IMG/VR virus record: IMGVR_UViG_3300020439_001801
DNA length: 64,000 nt
Reading direction: 5' to 3' (one strand)
Source of the DNA: an uncultured virus (IMG/VR IMGVR_UViG_3300020439_001801)
Taxonomy: Duplodnaviria; Heunggongvirae; Uroviricota; Caudoviricetes
Shown: positions 37,400 to 47,837 of the stretch, piece by piece
Numbering within the stretch: the first letter of the stretch is position 1
Layout: each line of letters opens with the position of its first letter
Position numbers and translations under genes: made by a program
The notes under the pieces: generated by a model
The model's input: the letters and a program-made list of their open reading frames with translations, nothing else
What the model was told of the DNA's origin: nothing
Database searches by the model: none

Positions 37400-38048
37400 A
37401 ATTTTTCTCCTTTATTCGTTGGAAGCATTCTTCTCTTTTTTGTTTTATATCTTCCAACTCTATTTTACTCTTCTCAACAAACTCACGCATTTCTGCTTTC
37501 ATCTCTTCTACAGGTCTTGGAAGAGTATAAGTTTCAATAACCTCACCTTCCTCATTTATTTGTTCGTATGTTTGTTTCAAATCTTTTATATCTTCTTCAA
37601 TCTTATCTAATCTCAATATACCATCTGCAATAGCATTTGAAAACATTTTATATCTTTCGTAATCTTCATAAATACCATTTATTCTGAGTTCTCTTTCCAT
37701 TTCTTTATTACAAGAAATACAGAATCCAGTTTTACGAATTAATTTTTTATTGTTTGGTCCGAATTCACCAACATGCTTACAATCTGTACCTTTACATTTA
37801 TTTTGCTCTGCTAAATATTTTCTAATATCTGAAAATACTTCAGAGTTTTTACCTGTCTTTAAGGTATAACCATCTTTCTTTTCATATCTGTAATGTTCAT
37901 CTTCCCAAACATCACCAACTTTTTTATCTTCTTTCTTAGAAGTCCATCCAATTTGTGAATTTTTATCATATTCACCACCCGTTCTAACCATATCGGATAG
38001 TTTCCTACGAGTTGGATGCATGTATTTTCTTTTGAATTCTTTTGCCAT
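37383..38048 (-). CDS. Hypothetical protein with putative Zn ribbon
   Basis: CKGTDC...CISC followed by a coiled coil. Promoter motif upstream. Confidence 0.7.
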   Translation of the reverse strand: MAKEFKRKYMHPTRRKLSDMVRTGGEYDKNSQIGWTSKKEDKKVGDVWEDEHYRYEKKDGYTLKTGKNSEVFSDIRKYLAEQNKCKGTDCKHVGEFGPNNKKLIRKTGFCISCNKEMERELRINGIYEDYERYKMFSNAIADGILRLDKIEEDIKDLKQTYEQINEEGEVIETYTLPRPVEEMKAEMREFVEKSKIELEDIKQKREECFQRIKEKNYEHIL

Positions 38049-38075
38049 ACTATTTTAACATATTATATATGTATA

Positions 38076-38084
38076 TATAAATAT
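38076..38084 (-). promoter_or_regulatory. Putative late promoter ATATTTATA
   Basis: Intergenic, upstream of 38048, with TTACGTTT 13 nt further upstream. Confidence 0.7.
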
Positions 38085-38108
38085 CACTAAATTGTAAAAA
38101 CGTAATTA

Positions 38109-41100
38109 TTAGAAGAAGATACCTAATATTTGATTTAGAGGTGCAAATGTTCCTGTAAGTTTGAACGTCTTTCCGTTATATGTAAAAACAATACCTTCAT
38201 TTGGTACTATCTTTTTAGCACCCCCAATAGAATTCAATCTTTGAAGTTCTAATTTTAATTTTTGGATTTTCTTTTCATCACCTGATTTCTTAACATCTTT
38301 GATTGTCTTATCTAAACGTTTTTTCATATCTCTAATAGCTTTATCAGGATTTACAGTCAATGCCGAACTTACGAATTGTAACACTTCTGCACCCAAACCT
38401 AAGAAGATATCTTCAAATGGTCTAATATTATCTTTAGCTATTTTACTATGTTTTTCTTTATCGGTTTTCTTTGCCCAATCTAATGTTTTTGAATCGGAAA
38501 TGTTTTTAGAATCTAATCTAAACTTCTTATCAAAGAAAGCCCATCTTTTAACTAATCCCATTTTGGTTTTGTTATCTAATGTAGTGGGTGATTTTTTATC
38601 TACATAGTTTTCCCAAAAGGCTTGATGGTATTCTGCTACACCATCTGTATCTTTAAGATTATATTTCTTTTGTAATCTTTTTATTTTACCACTATATACA
38701 GATTTCTTTTTAGAAAGGTCTTGCGATTTCGGTAGTTTAACAACCGGCGGTCCTTCTATTGTATATGATGATTGAACGTTTTGATTGACTTGTTTAATCA
38801 TACCAGCTAACACTCTAGCAGCTCCTTGATTCTCACCAATAGCCACACCCTCTTCATCATACTCCATTGTTCCGTGGAATACTAAGAGTGCTTGTCCATA
38901 AGGTACTACATTAACAGATGTTGGATAGATTACCTCTAAGTTCATAAAACAAGCTCCACCTTTGAAAACTTTTTCTCTTTGTTTTTCTGATAAGGAGGAA
39001 ATAGCCTTAGATAAATCTCTCATCGCAAAGTTGTATGCATCGCTCAGTCCTCCTCTTCCTTGAAACTTATCCGATACTCCCTTTATATCTAAGGCATTCT
39101 CTCCTTTATTTTTAAGGTGTCCTTTATTACGAGCAGCAACCAATCGGTTATCTCTCCAACTAATAGCCAATGCCTGTCCATCAGTTTTTTCTCTTGTGTT
39201 TTCTAACGTTCCATCTAACGCTCTATTCACAATATCTTTTAATTGTCCAAATGTAAGGTTTACATCTGAATCAAATGGGTGGTTCATATGTCCGTATGCA
39301 CCACCTTCCATTAAAAGTTTTGATTCATTTATATTTTCTTTTATCGTATGATATTGATACTCTTTATTTGAATCAGTATTTTTTCTTTGATTATCTAATC
39401 TTTGATTTATTTTTTTCATATCCTCTTTGGAAGGATAACCCAAAGTTTCGTTCTTAGCTTTGGTTTTCTTTTTCATCTTATTGATGTATGCTCTATAAAC
39501 TGCAGCTTGTGATTTCTTACCCATCTCTTTAGCTCTTTGTTCCATAGCTACCGCAGCTTGAATTTTGTGTGCATGAGATTTACCACTACTCTTAATCTTA
39601 CTTACAGATTTTTTAGCATCATCAACTGTTGCGAACTTCAATCCTTTGATTGTACCTTTTGGATTCTCATCAGTATATAAATCAGAATGTGAAGATGAGT
39701 TTCTATGTTGTCCTTTTTTTCTTGGAATTCTTGCTGCTTCTTTACCATCAAACTTATCTGCTTCTTTTGCTCTCAAAGCTGGAAGGAATCTGAATCTTGC
39801 TCTCTTCTGAACTCTTTTCTTTTTTCTTAATACATTCTTATGAACTATCTTTGCTTGTTGGATTGATAAATCTTTTTTCTTCATACCAGGAAATAAATCC
39901 TTCATAAACTCATCATAAACTTGTAGGTATGCTTTTTTGTATGCAATCTTTTTTAGTTTAGCAAGAGGTTTTCTTCTTTTCATTGTTCTTGCTCTTCTTC
40001 TTGCTATTTGTGCTCTCTTACCAGCCATCGCTGCTTTTCTTCTTAATAGGTCAGCTGGTCTTAATTTACCTTTACTTCTTTCATCAACATCTTCTTTAAT
40101 AAATTTCTGTTGTTTAGCAACTTTTAAAACTTTTTTCTTTTGTGAATCTGATAGTTTATCGTAATCTTTTCTAAATTCTTTATGGGATATAACATCCAAC
40201 ATATCCATTACAGTTGTACGATTGGTAAGTTTATTTTTACCTTGTGGATGTGCGTTAGGATTAGAATCTTCACCAACTCTCATTAACCCCTTTGGTGGTT
40301 GTGCTAATGGATTAATACCAAAACATCTCGTTCTAAATTGTTGTTCAGTTTCACCCTTCATTGGTCTATCACAACTTTCTTGTAATTCAACTTCGAATCC
40401 TTCTTTCATCAGTCGAAAAGTTACAACCTTCTTACCATTGATAGTTGGCATTCCATGCTCATCTTTACCGATTGATTTAACTACTACCTTTTTGTTTTTG
40501 AATCTACCCATTAAGATAGTATCACCAACCTTTACAGGTAACTTAATCATCTCAGTTAGTGATGCTTCAAACTCTTGCTCTAAATCCTTCGCACCTTTTG
40601 CATCATCAGTTGATTGGTCTTTATCATCTTTGTTAACATCTAACTTTTTGATTACATCGTATCCTATCATAGCAGCTTTACGAGTAACATGCTTATACCA
40701 ATTAGAGTATGCATCACTTGAGTAGATATCAATTTGGTTGTTTGGAGTCATCGTACCAATCACACCTGCTGGGAAATACGATACTGCTGTTTGAGGTCCA
40801 TCGGGATATTCGGGATGTTCATAATAATCTTCAAACTTCTCATCACCAATCATATTGACTACGGTGTATCCTAATTTAGCTGCTCTATCAGCTGCTACTT
40901 TTCTGAATGTTTTATAATTTGGTATAAAGAAGTTTGGTCCATCATCTACATCCTGCCCACCTAAACCACCAGTGGATATTTCCATCATATATTCTTCTAT
41001 AATTTCTTTTGGTACAAACAAACCTTCACTAAGTTTATCAGTTACCATTTGGAATATAGTTTTGTTGAACTTACCATAAGCTCTATCTTTGAAGAACTTT

Positions 41101-41618
41101 TCTTTTTGGTCATCTGAACCCATTGATAATCCCTGTCTAACTTCAGTACCACTTACTGAACCACCCTGCATCGGTGCTACATAAAGGTATCCTCTATCTT
41201 CATATCCTTCCGTTGGATTACCATCATATTTTTGAAAGTATTTGTGTGATAATCTACTAGCATCCTTCTGCCCTACAACAGTTACAAATGCTGTAGTTTC
41301 TTTGTTAAATCGTTTAAGAACTTCTTGTGGATTATATGGGTTTTTGACTTGTACGATTTTGGATTTTGGAATTCCAAACATCGTTGTCATAATTTTTACT
41401 TTTTCTTTGAAGTTAAAAGGTGAACGTCCTTTTTCTGTTTTATTGGATGTACCTATGTACACATCAGCTTTTCCAAATTTTTTCTGAAGATGTTGGAAAG
41501 TTTTGAAGTGTCCTTTGTGCATGGGTTGGAATCTACCAACATAGACCACTACAGTCTTTTTGATTTTAGATTCTTCCATAAGAATCTGTTCCGCTAAGAA
41601 ATCGCTTAGTTGACTCAT
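38109..41618 (-). CDS. Multidomain protein: HxGH nucleotidyltransferase, basic modules, C-terminal ligase-like (KxDG) domain
   Basis: GRFQPMHKGH and SGT.VR at the N-terminus. EGGAYGHM.HP, EKTDG, NLE, EGIV and FKLTG.F at the C-terminus. Confidence 0.8.
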   Translation of the reverse strand: MSQLSDFLAEQILMEESKIKKTVVVYVGRFQPMHKGHFKTFQHLQKKFGKADVYIGTSNKTEKGRSPFNFKEKVKIMTTMFGIPKSKIVQVKNPYNPQEVLKRFNKETTAFVTVVGQKDASRLSHKYFQKYDGNPTEGYEDRGYLYVAPMQGGSVSGTEVRQGLSMGSDDQKEKFFKDRAYGKFNKTIFQMVTDKLSEGLFVPKEIIEEYMMEISTGGLGGQDVDDGPNFFIPNYKTFRKVAADRAAKLGYTVVNMIGDEKFEDYYEHPEYPDGPQTAVSYFPAGVIGTMTPNNQIDIYSSDAYSNWYKHVTRKAAMIGYDVIKKLDVNKDDKDQSTDDAKGAKDLEQEFEASLTEMIKLPVKVGDTILMGRFKNKKVVVKSIGKDEHGMPTINGKKVVTFRLMKEGFEVELQESCDRPMKGETEQQFRTRCFGINPLAQPPKGLMRVGEDSNPNAHPQGKNKLTNRTTVMDMLDVISHKEFRKDYDKLSDSQKKKVLKVAKQQKFIKEDVDERSKGKLRPADLLRRKAAMAGKRAQIARRRARTMKRRKPLAKLKKIAYKKAYLQVYDEFMKDLFPGMKKKDLSIQQAKIVHKNVLRKKKRVQKRARFRFLPALRAKEADKFDGKEAARIPRKKGQHRNSSSHSDLYTDENPKGTIKGLKFATVDDAKKSVSKIKSSGKSHAHKIQAAVAMEQRAKEMGKKSQAAVYRAYINKMKKKTKAKNETLGYPSKEDMKKINQRLDNQRKNTDSNKEYQYHTIKENINESKLLMEGGAYGHMNHPFDSDVNLTFGQLKDIVNRALDGTLENTREKTDGQALAISWRDNRLVAARNKGHLKNKGENALDIKGVSDKFQGRGGLSDAYNFAMRDLSKAISSLSEKQREKVFKGGACFMNLEVIYPTSVNVVPYGQALLVFHGTMEYDEEGVAIGENQGAARVLAGMIKQVNQNVQSSYTIEGPPVVKLPKSQDLSKKKSVYSGKIKRLQKKYNLKDTDGVAEYHQAFWENYVDKKSPTTLDNKTKMGLVKRWAFFDKKFRLDSKNISDSKTLDWAKKTDKEKHSKIAKDNIRPFEDIFLGLGAEVLQFVSSALTVNPDKAIRDMKKRLDKTIKDVKKSGDEKKIQKLKLELQRLNSIGGAKKIVPNEGIVFTYNGKTFKLTGTFAPLNQILGIFF

Positions 41619-41636
41619 AAATACACCTTATCAGTA

Positions 41637-41645
41637 TATAAATAT
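41637..41645 (-). promoter_or_regulatory. Putative late promoter ATATTTATA
   Basis: Intergenic, upstream of 41618. Confidence 0.7.
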
Positions 41646-41664
41646 AAGATTATAAGAAAGGGAA

Positions 41665-41772
41665 TTATTTTTTGTAAACAAAGGGGTCTCTCTTTTTCAA
41701 CTCTTTAATACGTTTTTTGTAGAGCCTCTCCATTTTCCAATCTTTATATTTTTTTTTAATCCAGTTTATCAT
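41665..41772 (-). CDS. 35-aa basic microprotein
   Basis: Below the ORF-track cutoff. MINWIKKKYKDWKMERLYKKRIKELKKRDPFVYKK starts 1 nt after the upstream stop. Confidence 0.7.
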   Translation of the reverse strand: MINWIKKKYKDWKMERLYKKRIKELKKRDPFVYKK

Positions 41773-41773
41773 A

Positions 41774-43147
41774 CTATATTAAATAGTTAGAAGCTAACCT
41801 TTTTAGATTAGTTTCGTTATCTTTTATTTGTTTTTTATGATTGTAAAATAAGTTTCTTAAAACTTTATAGTTTTTTTCTAAAATGGGTTTTATATTTTTC
41901 ATCCATTCTAATTTTTCTTCTTCTGTTTTGTTTACAAGTTTTAAAACTTCTTCAAACACCATATCAACTCTTTTTTGTATATTTGGTTCTAAATCATATG
42001 ATTCATCTATAAAAGGTTCAAATGTTTTAAATCCTATTCTTTTTAGCTCTTTTAAAGTTCCAACATTACCAAACACAATAAATGGATGATTTTGCCCAAG
42101 TGCTTTTACTACCTTTTCCGATATATAAAATTCGTTTTCTAAAAATGAAGTTTCTGATATAAAACTAAACATAGAATCTTCATAAACACTAGCATCTTCA
42201 TGCATTACACCATACAGATTTTGTAAATCCTCAAAATCATAAAACTTCTTATCATTATTTATTTGTAAATCTAAAATGTATTTTTTAAGTTCAGTAAAAT
42301 CTAATACTTCATTTTCTTCTATCTTTGGAATTTCTTTTAAATGGTCTTTATTTTCGTTTATAGTGAAATCATAAGTTACAATATTATTATCTATTAAGTT
42401 TAATTTATTTAACTTTGCTAAAATATACAAACGATGTGTTCTTAATCTACGATTCAAACAATTGAAATCATATTTTTTTGGTTCAATCTTATAATCTAAA
42501 TGAATTTTATGAAACTCCCCCCAATCTTTATAATTCCAATACTCTTCACCTTTCGTTTTCCAAACCCAATGATTATGATTAAATTTTATCTTTTGAGATA
42601 TATTATATCTTTCACAAAAAGAATCATACCATTCTTTTTGATTATAACCAGCAAATGAAAATATACATTTGTTTGTTGGTATTCTATATTGATGTAGCTT
42701 TGCATGTAGCATTCTCAAAGGATGTTCTTCAACAATACCTTCCCAGCAATAATCTATATGAATCACAAAATTTTTGTTTTTTCTGAGTGCATCTATAACT
42801 CTATACGGAATTAAGTCAATAGTTGTATTTCTATTATCACCAGGAAAAGATAAATCACTACCACTAAACATATCTATCTGATAAAATAGTGGTTCATCTT
42901 TGTATTCATCTTTTACAATATTGTTAGTATCAAATATATCAAAGAAGTATAAATGCTTTGTAGTTGATTTACTATTTCTTTGTGGATTGTAAGTCCAAGT
43001 ACCTATACCCTCACCACCAGGATTTTCATTTTCCGCCATTTCGAAAAGTTCTTCTGTATCTAATGTTTTATCTAACGAAGATAGTTTTGAAAAATCAAAA
43101 GAATTTATAAACAAATCATTAAATATATAGGTGAATACTAAATTCAT
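41774..43147 (-). CDS. Putative glycosyltransferase (GT10/fucosyltransferase-like C-terminal motif)
   Basis: F.CLNR..R.HR and ISET......ISEKV.K.....HPFI..G.....L...GFKTF...DESYD motifs. Confidence 0.6.
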   Translation of the reverse strand: MNLVFTYIFNDLFINSFDFSKLSSLDKTLDTEELFEMAENENPGGEGIGTWTYNPQRNSKSTTKHLYFFDIFDTNNIVKDEYKDEPLFYQIDMFSGSDLSFPGDNRNTTIDLIPYRVIDALRKNKNFVIHIDYCWEGIVEEHPLRMLHAKLHQYRIPTNKCIFSFAGYNQKEWYDSFCERYNISQKIKFNHNHWVWKTKGEEYWNYKDWGEFHKIHLDYKIEPKKYDFNCLNRRLRTHRLYILAKLNKLNLIDNNIVTYDFTINENKDHLKEIPKIEENEVLDFTELKKYILDLQINNDKKFYDFEDLQNLYGVMHEDASVYEDSMFSFISETSFLENEFYISEKVVKALGQNHPFIVFGNVGTLKELKRIGFKTFEPFIDESYDLEPNIQKRVDMVFEEVLKLVNKTEEEKLEWMKNIKPILEKNYKVLRNLFYNHKKQIKDNETNLKRLASNYLI

Positions 43148-44541
43148 AATAGAAAATCTAAATTAGTTCTTTGTTTTTGAAAGTGCCACAAAAGATTTTT
43201 ATTATAATTATCCATATCAAAGTTTTTTAAATGATTGTAATTATGTTCTATAATATCTTTACAATTATATAAAAATGTATTTTTTTGTTCTGAGGTTAAG
43301 TTTGATAAATTTATTATTTCATTCATAACCATCTTATATCTTTTATGAGGATTTTCTTCGGCATCATAACTTTCATCAACATACCCAGTATCTCCAAACG
43401 TTTTAAAACCCATATTGTGTAACCAAGTTAAAGTTCCAGTAGTTGATAAAACAATAAATGGGTGTTTGTGTAATATTGGTTTTATTACCTTTTCTGAAAC
43501 ATATCCAATCCGTTCTCTTTCATAAAAAAATGATTCAGATACTACTGTAAATAATGTATCTTTATATGGTATATCGGTTTCCATACCTTCACCTCTAACT
43601 TGCCATAAATTTTCATAATCTATTGTTTTTTTAGAACATTTATCAATTAGGTCATTTAATATCTTCCAATATCTTTTGAACTTAGCGCCCGATGGTTCGA
43701 ATGTATCAATTTCTTCCCAGTTGTGATAGTAATGTGATGTATCACTATAACCTTCGTGTATAAAGAAATCATAAGATACATTATTTTCATCGATTAAATC
43801 TAAATAATGTAAATCACATAGCATTTGAGTTCTATGTGGTTTTTGTTCTCTTGTCAATAAATTAAATGATTTTTTATTATCTGCTCTGTAACTTTGTTGA
43901 TTCAATGTTTCATTAGTAAATCCATCGTGATGTAGTTTGTTATGAAAAAATGGAATAGACCAAAGGTAAGGAATTACATTTACACACTTATCAGTTTTAT
44001 ATTCTTCCTTATAAGATTGAGCATACTCTGCAATTCTATAGTTAGCATGTATAAAAAAACATTTTTTTAAATCTATTTGATTTTCTAATAACCAACTATT
44101 TAAATTATGAAAATTTTTATATGGTAAATATCCTTCGGAGCTTGAATTTATGATTAAATATAAATTTGGATTATATTTTATATGTTCAATAATTTTAAAT
44201 GGAATTTTATTAAACACACTATCTTCATCAAAAGAGTCTGCAGGATTTGAGTATATATTAATTTGATAAAAATATATAGTATTATCTTTACGATTCGGAT
44301 TGTTTAAAAACTCAAAAGTAGGTATAGTTTCGAACCCACTTTCAAACACACCTATATTATTTTGAAAACTTTGGGGTTGTTTTTGTTCATTTTCTCTAAC
44401 AAATCTACCTATATAATCGAATTGGTTTTTACAAAAGTCATTTTTTGTAAAGTAGCTGGACTTGTTAAAATCTAAACAATTAATACCCAATTGTTTTCCA
44501 AAAAAATAATCTTCTAAAAATACAATATCTTTAAGATTCAT
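43144..44541 (-). CDS. Putative glycosyltransferase, paralogue of 41774..43147
   Basis: K.HR and VSES...VSEKVIKPI..KHPFI...GFKTF...DESYD motifs. Confidence 0.6.
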   Translation of the reverse strand: MNLKDIVFLEDYFFGKQLGINCLDFNKSSYFTKNDFCKNQFDYIGRFVRENEQKQPQSFQNNIGVFESGFETIPTFEFLNNPNRKDNTIYFYQINIYSNPADSFDEDSVFNKIPFKIIEHIKYNPNLYLIINSSSEGYLPYKNFHNLNSWLLENQIDLKKCFFIHANYRIAEYAQSYKEEYKTDKCVNVIPYLWSIPFFHNKLHHDGFTNETLNQQSYRADNKKSFNLLTREQKPHRTQMLCDLHYLDLIDENNVSYDFFIHEGYSDTSHYYHNWEEIDTFEPSGAKFKRYWKILNDLIDKCSKKTIDYENLWQVRGEGMETDIPYKDTLFTVVSESFFYERERIGYVSEKVIKPILHKHPFIVLSTTGTLTWLHNMGFKTFGDTGYVDESYDAEENPHKRYKMVMNEIINLSNLTSEQKNTFLYNCKDIIEHNYNHLKNFDMDNYNKNLLWHFQKQRTNLDFLL

Positions 44542-45079
44542 AATACAATTCAGGATATTCTACCAAAACAGTAACCCCACCTCTATCTAATGCTTCTTTA
44601 TATGCAGGAAATATCTTTTCTGCTTTATCTAACTTTATGATTGGTGTATGTTTTAGTATTGATGAAAATTCTTCTGTATAATCTGCTTTATGTTGATGAC
44701 CAGGGTCTAATGGTGTATCACTTCCCTTACCAACTCTAACAATTAAAGTTGGATTCCATTCATCATCAGACATTACTTTTATTTTATCAGCATGATTTAC
44801 CAATTGATTTGCTGCACAAATTAAGAAATCCCATCTTGGATAAAAAGATACAACAGATTTACCTGCCATACCCAATCCTAAACTCATTCCCATTTGAACT
44901 TCTTCCATTACTGGTGTTTCTATCATTCTTTCTTTTGGTAACCCCTCAATTGTTTTACTCATTGGATTACCATAATAAACTATCTGTTGTCCAATGAAAA
45001 TCATATTTGGGTCATCCATACAAAGTTTCATTGATTTTGTAAGTTCATCTAAATAAGGTGTATATTCTGGTTTACTCAT
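44531..45079 (-). CDS. ThDP-dependent enzyme, E1 beta/transketolase pyrimidine-binding subunit (short)
   Basis: IGQ, IETPVMEE.QMG..LG and A.NQLVN motifs. Only 182 aa. Confidence 0.85.
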   Translation of the reverse strand: MSKPEYTPYLDELTKSMKLCMDDPNMIFIGQQIVYYGNPMSKTIEGLPKERMIETPVMEEVQMGMSLGLGMAGKSVVSFYPRWDFLICAANQLVNHADKIKVMSDDEWNPTLIVRVGKGSDTPLDPGHQHKADYTEEFSSILKHTPIIKLDKAEKIFPAYKEALDRGGVTVLVEYPELYYES

Positions 45080-45089
45080 AATATTAGTT

Positions 45090-46223
45090 TTAAATTTGTG
45101 TAGTATATAAGTGATTCCAATTAGATTGTATATGTATCCTATCTCTCCACTTTTCAGCTCTTTTAATATATTTTATAAAATCAGTATGATTGGGATGGTT
45201 TGGGTTTGATACATCCATTCTCATCATATCATCATCTGTTAGATGTTGCCATTGATTTATGTATCCGAAATACATAACAACTTTTTTGGAATCTATTTCA
45301 TCAGTTATTCTTTCTTTGAATATACTATGTATCAATTCCAAAGCTTGTTCCATTTCTGTGTAATTATCATTTTGTACTACATATGATATTCTAAAAAAAT
45401 CTATCGTTTTAATTGTAGATATGAATTTTAAATTTTCTATTAGTGTTTCCCAATGACCACCTAATCTTGTTTTATTTTCATAAGTATCTTTCGTACCAGC
45501 ATCAATAGAAACATCTACTATTTTTACATATGGTTGAGCTTTTTTCATCAATCCCCAATTCTTCTTGTTGAACAGTTTTCCGTTTGTAATTAACTGAATG
45601 CTTTTTAGTTCAGGCCAATTCGATGGTTCAAAATTAAATAAAAATTTTCTAAATGATTTTGATGCGAATGGGTCTCCACTTCCTGTTATTAATATTTTTT
45701 TACAATTAGTTGAATATGTTTTATTTATAAAATCTACAATCCCATCAATTTCTTTGACTTCATCTGGCTTTGCCATTATAGTATCTATTCTACAAGATGG
45801 ACATTTAAAATTACAACTCCAATCAAATGTAAAATTAAGTGAACCGGGTGTATTCTTTACATAAGAATCATCATCTATTTTTATACCATCATTATCGTAA
45901 TACGGAAATTCTGTATCATCCTTTTTTACAAAAATACCTCTATCAGTTATTCCTGTTGATATTAGTGAATTTAAATGTGGACATATTTGTTTATCACAAA
46001 ATTTGTAATTACCATCTAAGATAGATTGTCTTATCTCTTTAGCTCCTTTACTATTCCAAACATTATAATCGTATTTACCATTTTCATCTTTTGGATATAC
46101 TAATTCTTTTTTTAACCAAGTACCACAACATAATGTAGCTTTATCTTTAAACATTTCAATATGTTTAAATGGTATCATACACACATGATTTTTTAAAAGC
46201 TCTTCTTCTGTGTACTTAGTCAT
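45090..46223 (-). CDS. Radical SAM protein with N-terminal Cys-rich (Twitch/SPASM-like) domain
   Basis: CNFKCPSC, GSGDPF and ITNG motifs. N-terminal C..PF...CC...WN.....IR......C....C. Confidence 0.9.
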   Translation of the reverse strand: MTKYTEEELLKNHVCMIPFKHIEMFKDKATLCCGTWLKKELVYPKDENGKYDYNVWNSKGAKEIRQSILDGNYKFCDKQICPHLNSLISTGITDRGIFVKKDDTEFPYYDNDGIKIDDDSYVKNTPGSLNFTFDWSCNFKCPSCRIDTIMAKPDEVKEIDGIVDFINKTYSTNCKKILITGSGDPFASKSFRKFLFNFEPSNWPELKSIQLITNGKLFNKKNWGLMKKAQPYVKIVDVSIDAGTKDTYENKTRLGGHWETLIENLKFISTIKTIDFFRISYVVQNDNYTEMEQALELIHSIFKERITDEIDSKKVVMYFGYINQWQHLTDDDMMRMDVSNPNHPNHTDFIKYIKRAEKWRDRIHIQSNWNHLYTTQI

Positions 46224-46854
46224 AGTTTGGTTGTGTTAATAATCCCAATTCTTCTATATTCTCTATGATACGTTTTGCTATTAGTTTGTGGGTTTTGTAA
46301 TTAAAATGATTATCCCATTGGTCTACAATATACTCAGAACCATCAATAGTCCATTCAAAAAAAGTATATTCGTTATCAAACTTCATACTTCTATCTTTTA
46401 TAGCATTTGGCATTTTTACAATATCAAACGGCCAATCCCAATGTAAAAATCTAACAGGTATTTTTTTTGAGTTACAATAAGTCAAAATTTCTTCAAACAT
46501 ACTTACCTGCTTTTCAATAGATAAATTTTGCCCATCAATTACATTTCTAGTAAAGTTAGTTGTTTGTATTACTACTAAATCAGTAAACTCATCTATTGAT
46601 TTCATAACATGATTGTAAATACTCCACGTACTACCACCATTGTGTGTATGAACTTTTGCCTTTCTACCAAAATAATCAGCTACTATAGTTGCAAACCTTC
46701 TATCTACATTATTTTGATATTCCCAAGAACGTACTGAGTTTTCATCAAATCCATTAGAGCTGGGTCTATCACCATCAACATCTGATTGATTGAATAAATG
46801 TAAAGATTGTCCCCAAGTGTAAGAACATCCACCAAATACAATATTTCTAATCAT
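46216..46854 (-). CDS. SGNH/GDSL-like hydrolase or acyltransferase
   Basis: GCSYT.G block I, GGS block II and D.H block V. Confidence 0.65.
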   Translation of the reverse strand: MIRNIVFGGCSYTWGQSLHLFNQSDVDGDRPSSNGFDENSVRSWEYQNNVDRRFATIVADYFGRKAKVHTHNGGSTWSIYNHVMKSIDEFTDLVVIQTTNFTRNVIDGQNLSIEKQVSMFEEILTYCNSKKIPVRFLHWDWPFDIVKMPNAIKDRSMKFDNEYTFFEWTIDGSEYIVDQWDNHFNYKTHKLIAKRIIENIEELGLLTQPNYD

Positions 46855-47837
46855 TATGGTTTAGAGTTTGGGTCAAATTGGTCTTTGTTATCTTTATACC
46901 AAGTCAAAGCATCCTTTAATCCACTCTCTAAATCATACTTAGGTTTCCATCCTAATTTTGTTAGTTTTGTATTATCTAATAATCTTACGGGTATCATAGG
47001 TGCTTTGTTGTTTACGAATTCGATTGGGTTGTCGTTCCCCTCTAATTCTTTGATAAGTTCTAGCACTTCCATAACAGTATATCCCTTACCATACGATACA
47101 TTGTAAATATCGTAAGTATCAACTTTTTCTGCTATAGTCATAAATCCACTTACCATATCATCAACATGAATCACATCTCTTACTTCAGTACCATCTCCCC
47201 ATAGTGGTATTGGATTTAAATTATCTGCTACTTTTCTGATATTGGCAGGTGTAACATGACACTTTTCAAAATCGTATTTATCATTTGGTCCATAAGCATT
47301 TGAAGGTCTAATGATTACACACTGCATTGGTTCGTGGATTTGATTTGAAAAGAAATCACAAAGAGTTTCACAATATCTTTTCATCCAACCTACTGCTTTG
47401 TAAACTGGTACAATATCTGGTGTTTGTACTTCCATATCTTCTGTACAAGGAATATCTCCCATATCTGGATAGGTTGTATTGGATGAAATAAATATAAATT
47501 TACGAACTTTGTTTTTCCAACTCTGTTCCATAAGATTTACATTCATTTCAATATTAGGAGTTACGTGGAGGAGGGGGTTAAATTTAGTGTCCAGTGCGTT
47601 GCTTGTATTAGCCGCACAATGGAATACTACATCTACATCTTTTGAAACTCTCTCGCAAAAGGTTCTATCTTGTAAGTTTCCCTTTATGAATTCCACTCCA
47701 TCATAACTTTCCCTAAGTGTTCTAGTAAATGATGTTGTCCGTAGATTCCTGTAACCATTTTCGTATAACATTTTGATTAAACGAGAACCTATAAACCCCG
47801 CTGCTCCAGTAACTAATATTTTATCCGATTGTTTCAT
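46854..47837 (-). CDS. NAD-dependent sugar epimerase/reductase (GDP-fucose synthase-like extended SDR)
   Basis: TGAAGFIG, RP.N.YGP.D and WGDG...RD.IHVDD motifs. Confidence 0.9.
   Translation of the reverse strand: MKQSDKILVTGAAGFIGSRLIKMLYENGYRNLRTTSFTRTLRESYDGVEFIKGNLQDRTFCERVSKDVDVVFHCAANTSNALDTKFNPLLHVTPNIEMNVNLMEQSWKNKVRKFIFISSNTTYPDMGDIPCTEDMEVQTPDIVPVYKAVGWMKRYCETLCDFFSNQIHEPMQCVIIRPSNAYGPNDKYDFEKCHVTPANIRKVADNLNPIPLWGDGTEVRDVIHVDDMVSGFMTIAEKVDTYDIYNVSYGKGYTVMEVLELIKELEGNDNPIEFVNNKAPMIPVRLLDNTKLTKLGWKPKYDLESGLKDALTWYKDNKDQFDPNSKP

Noticed and set aside
37383..38048. Terminase small subunit
   Set aside because: The position is compatible, but no gp16-like motif is recognisable by eye.
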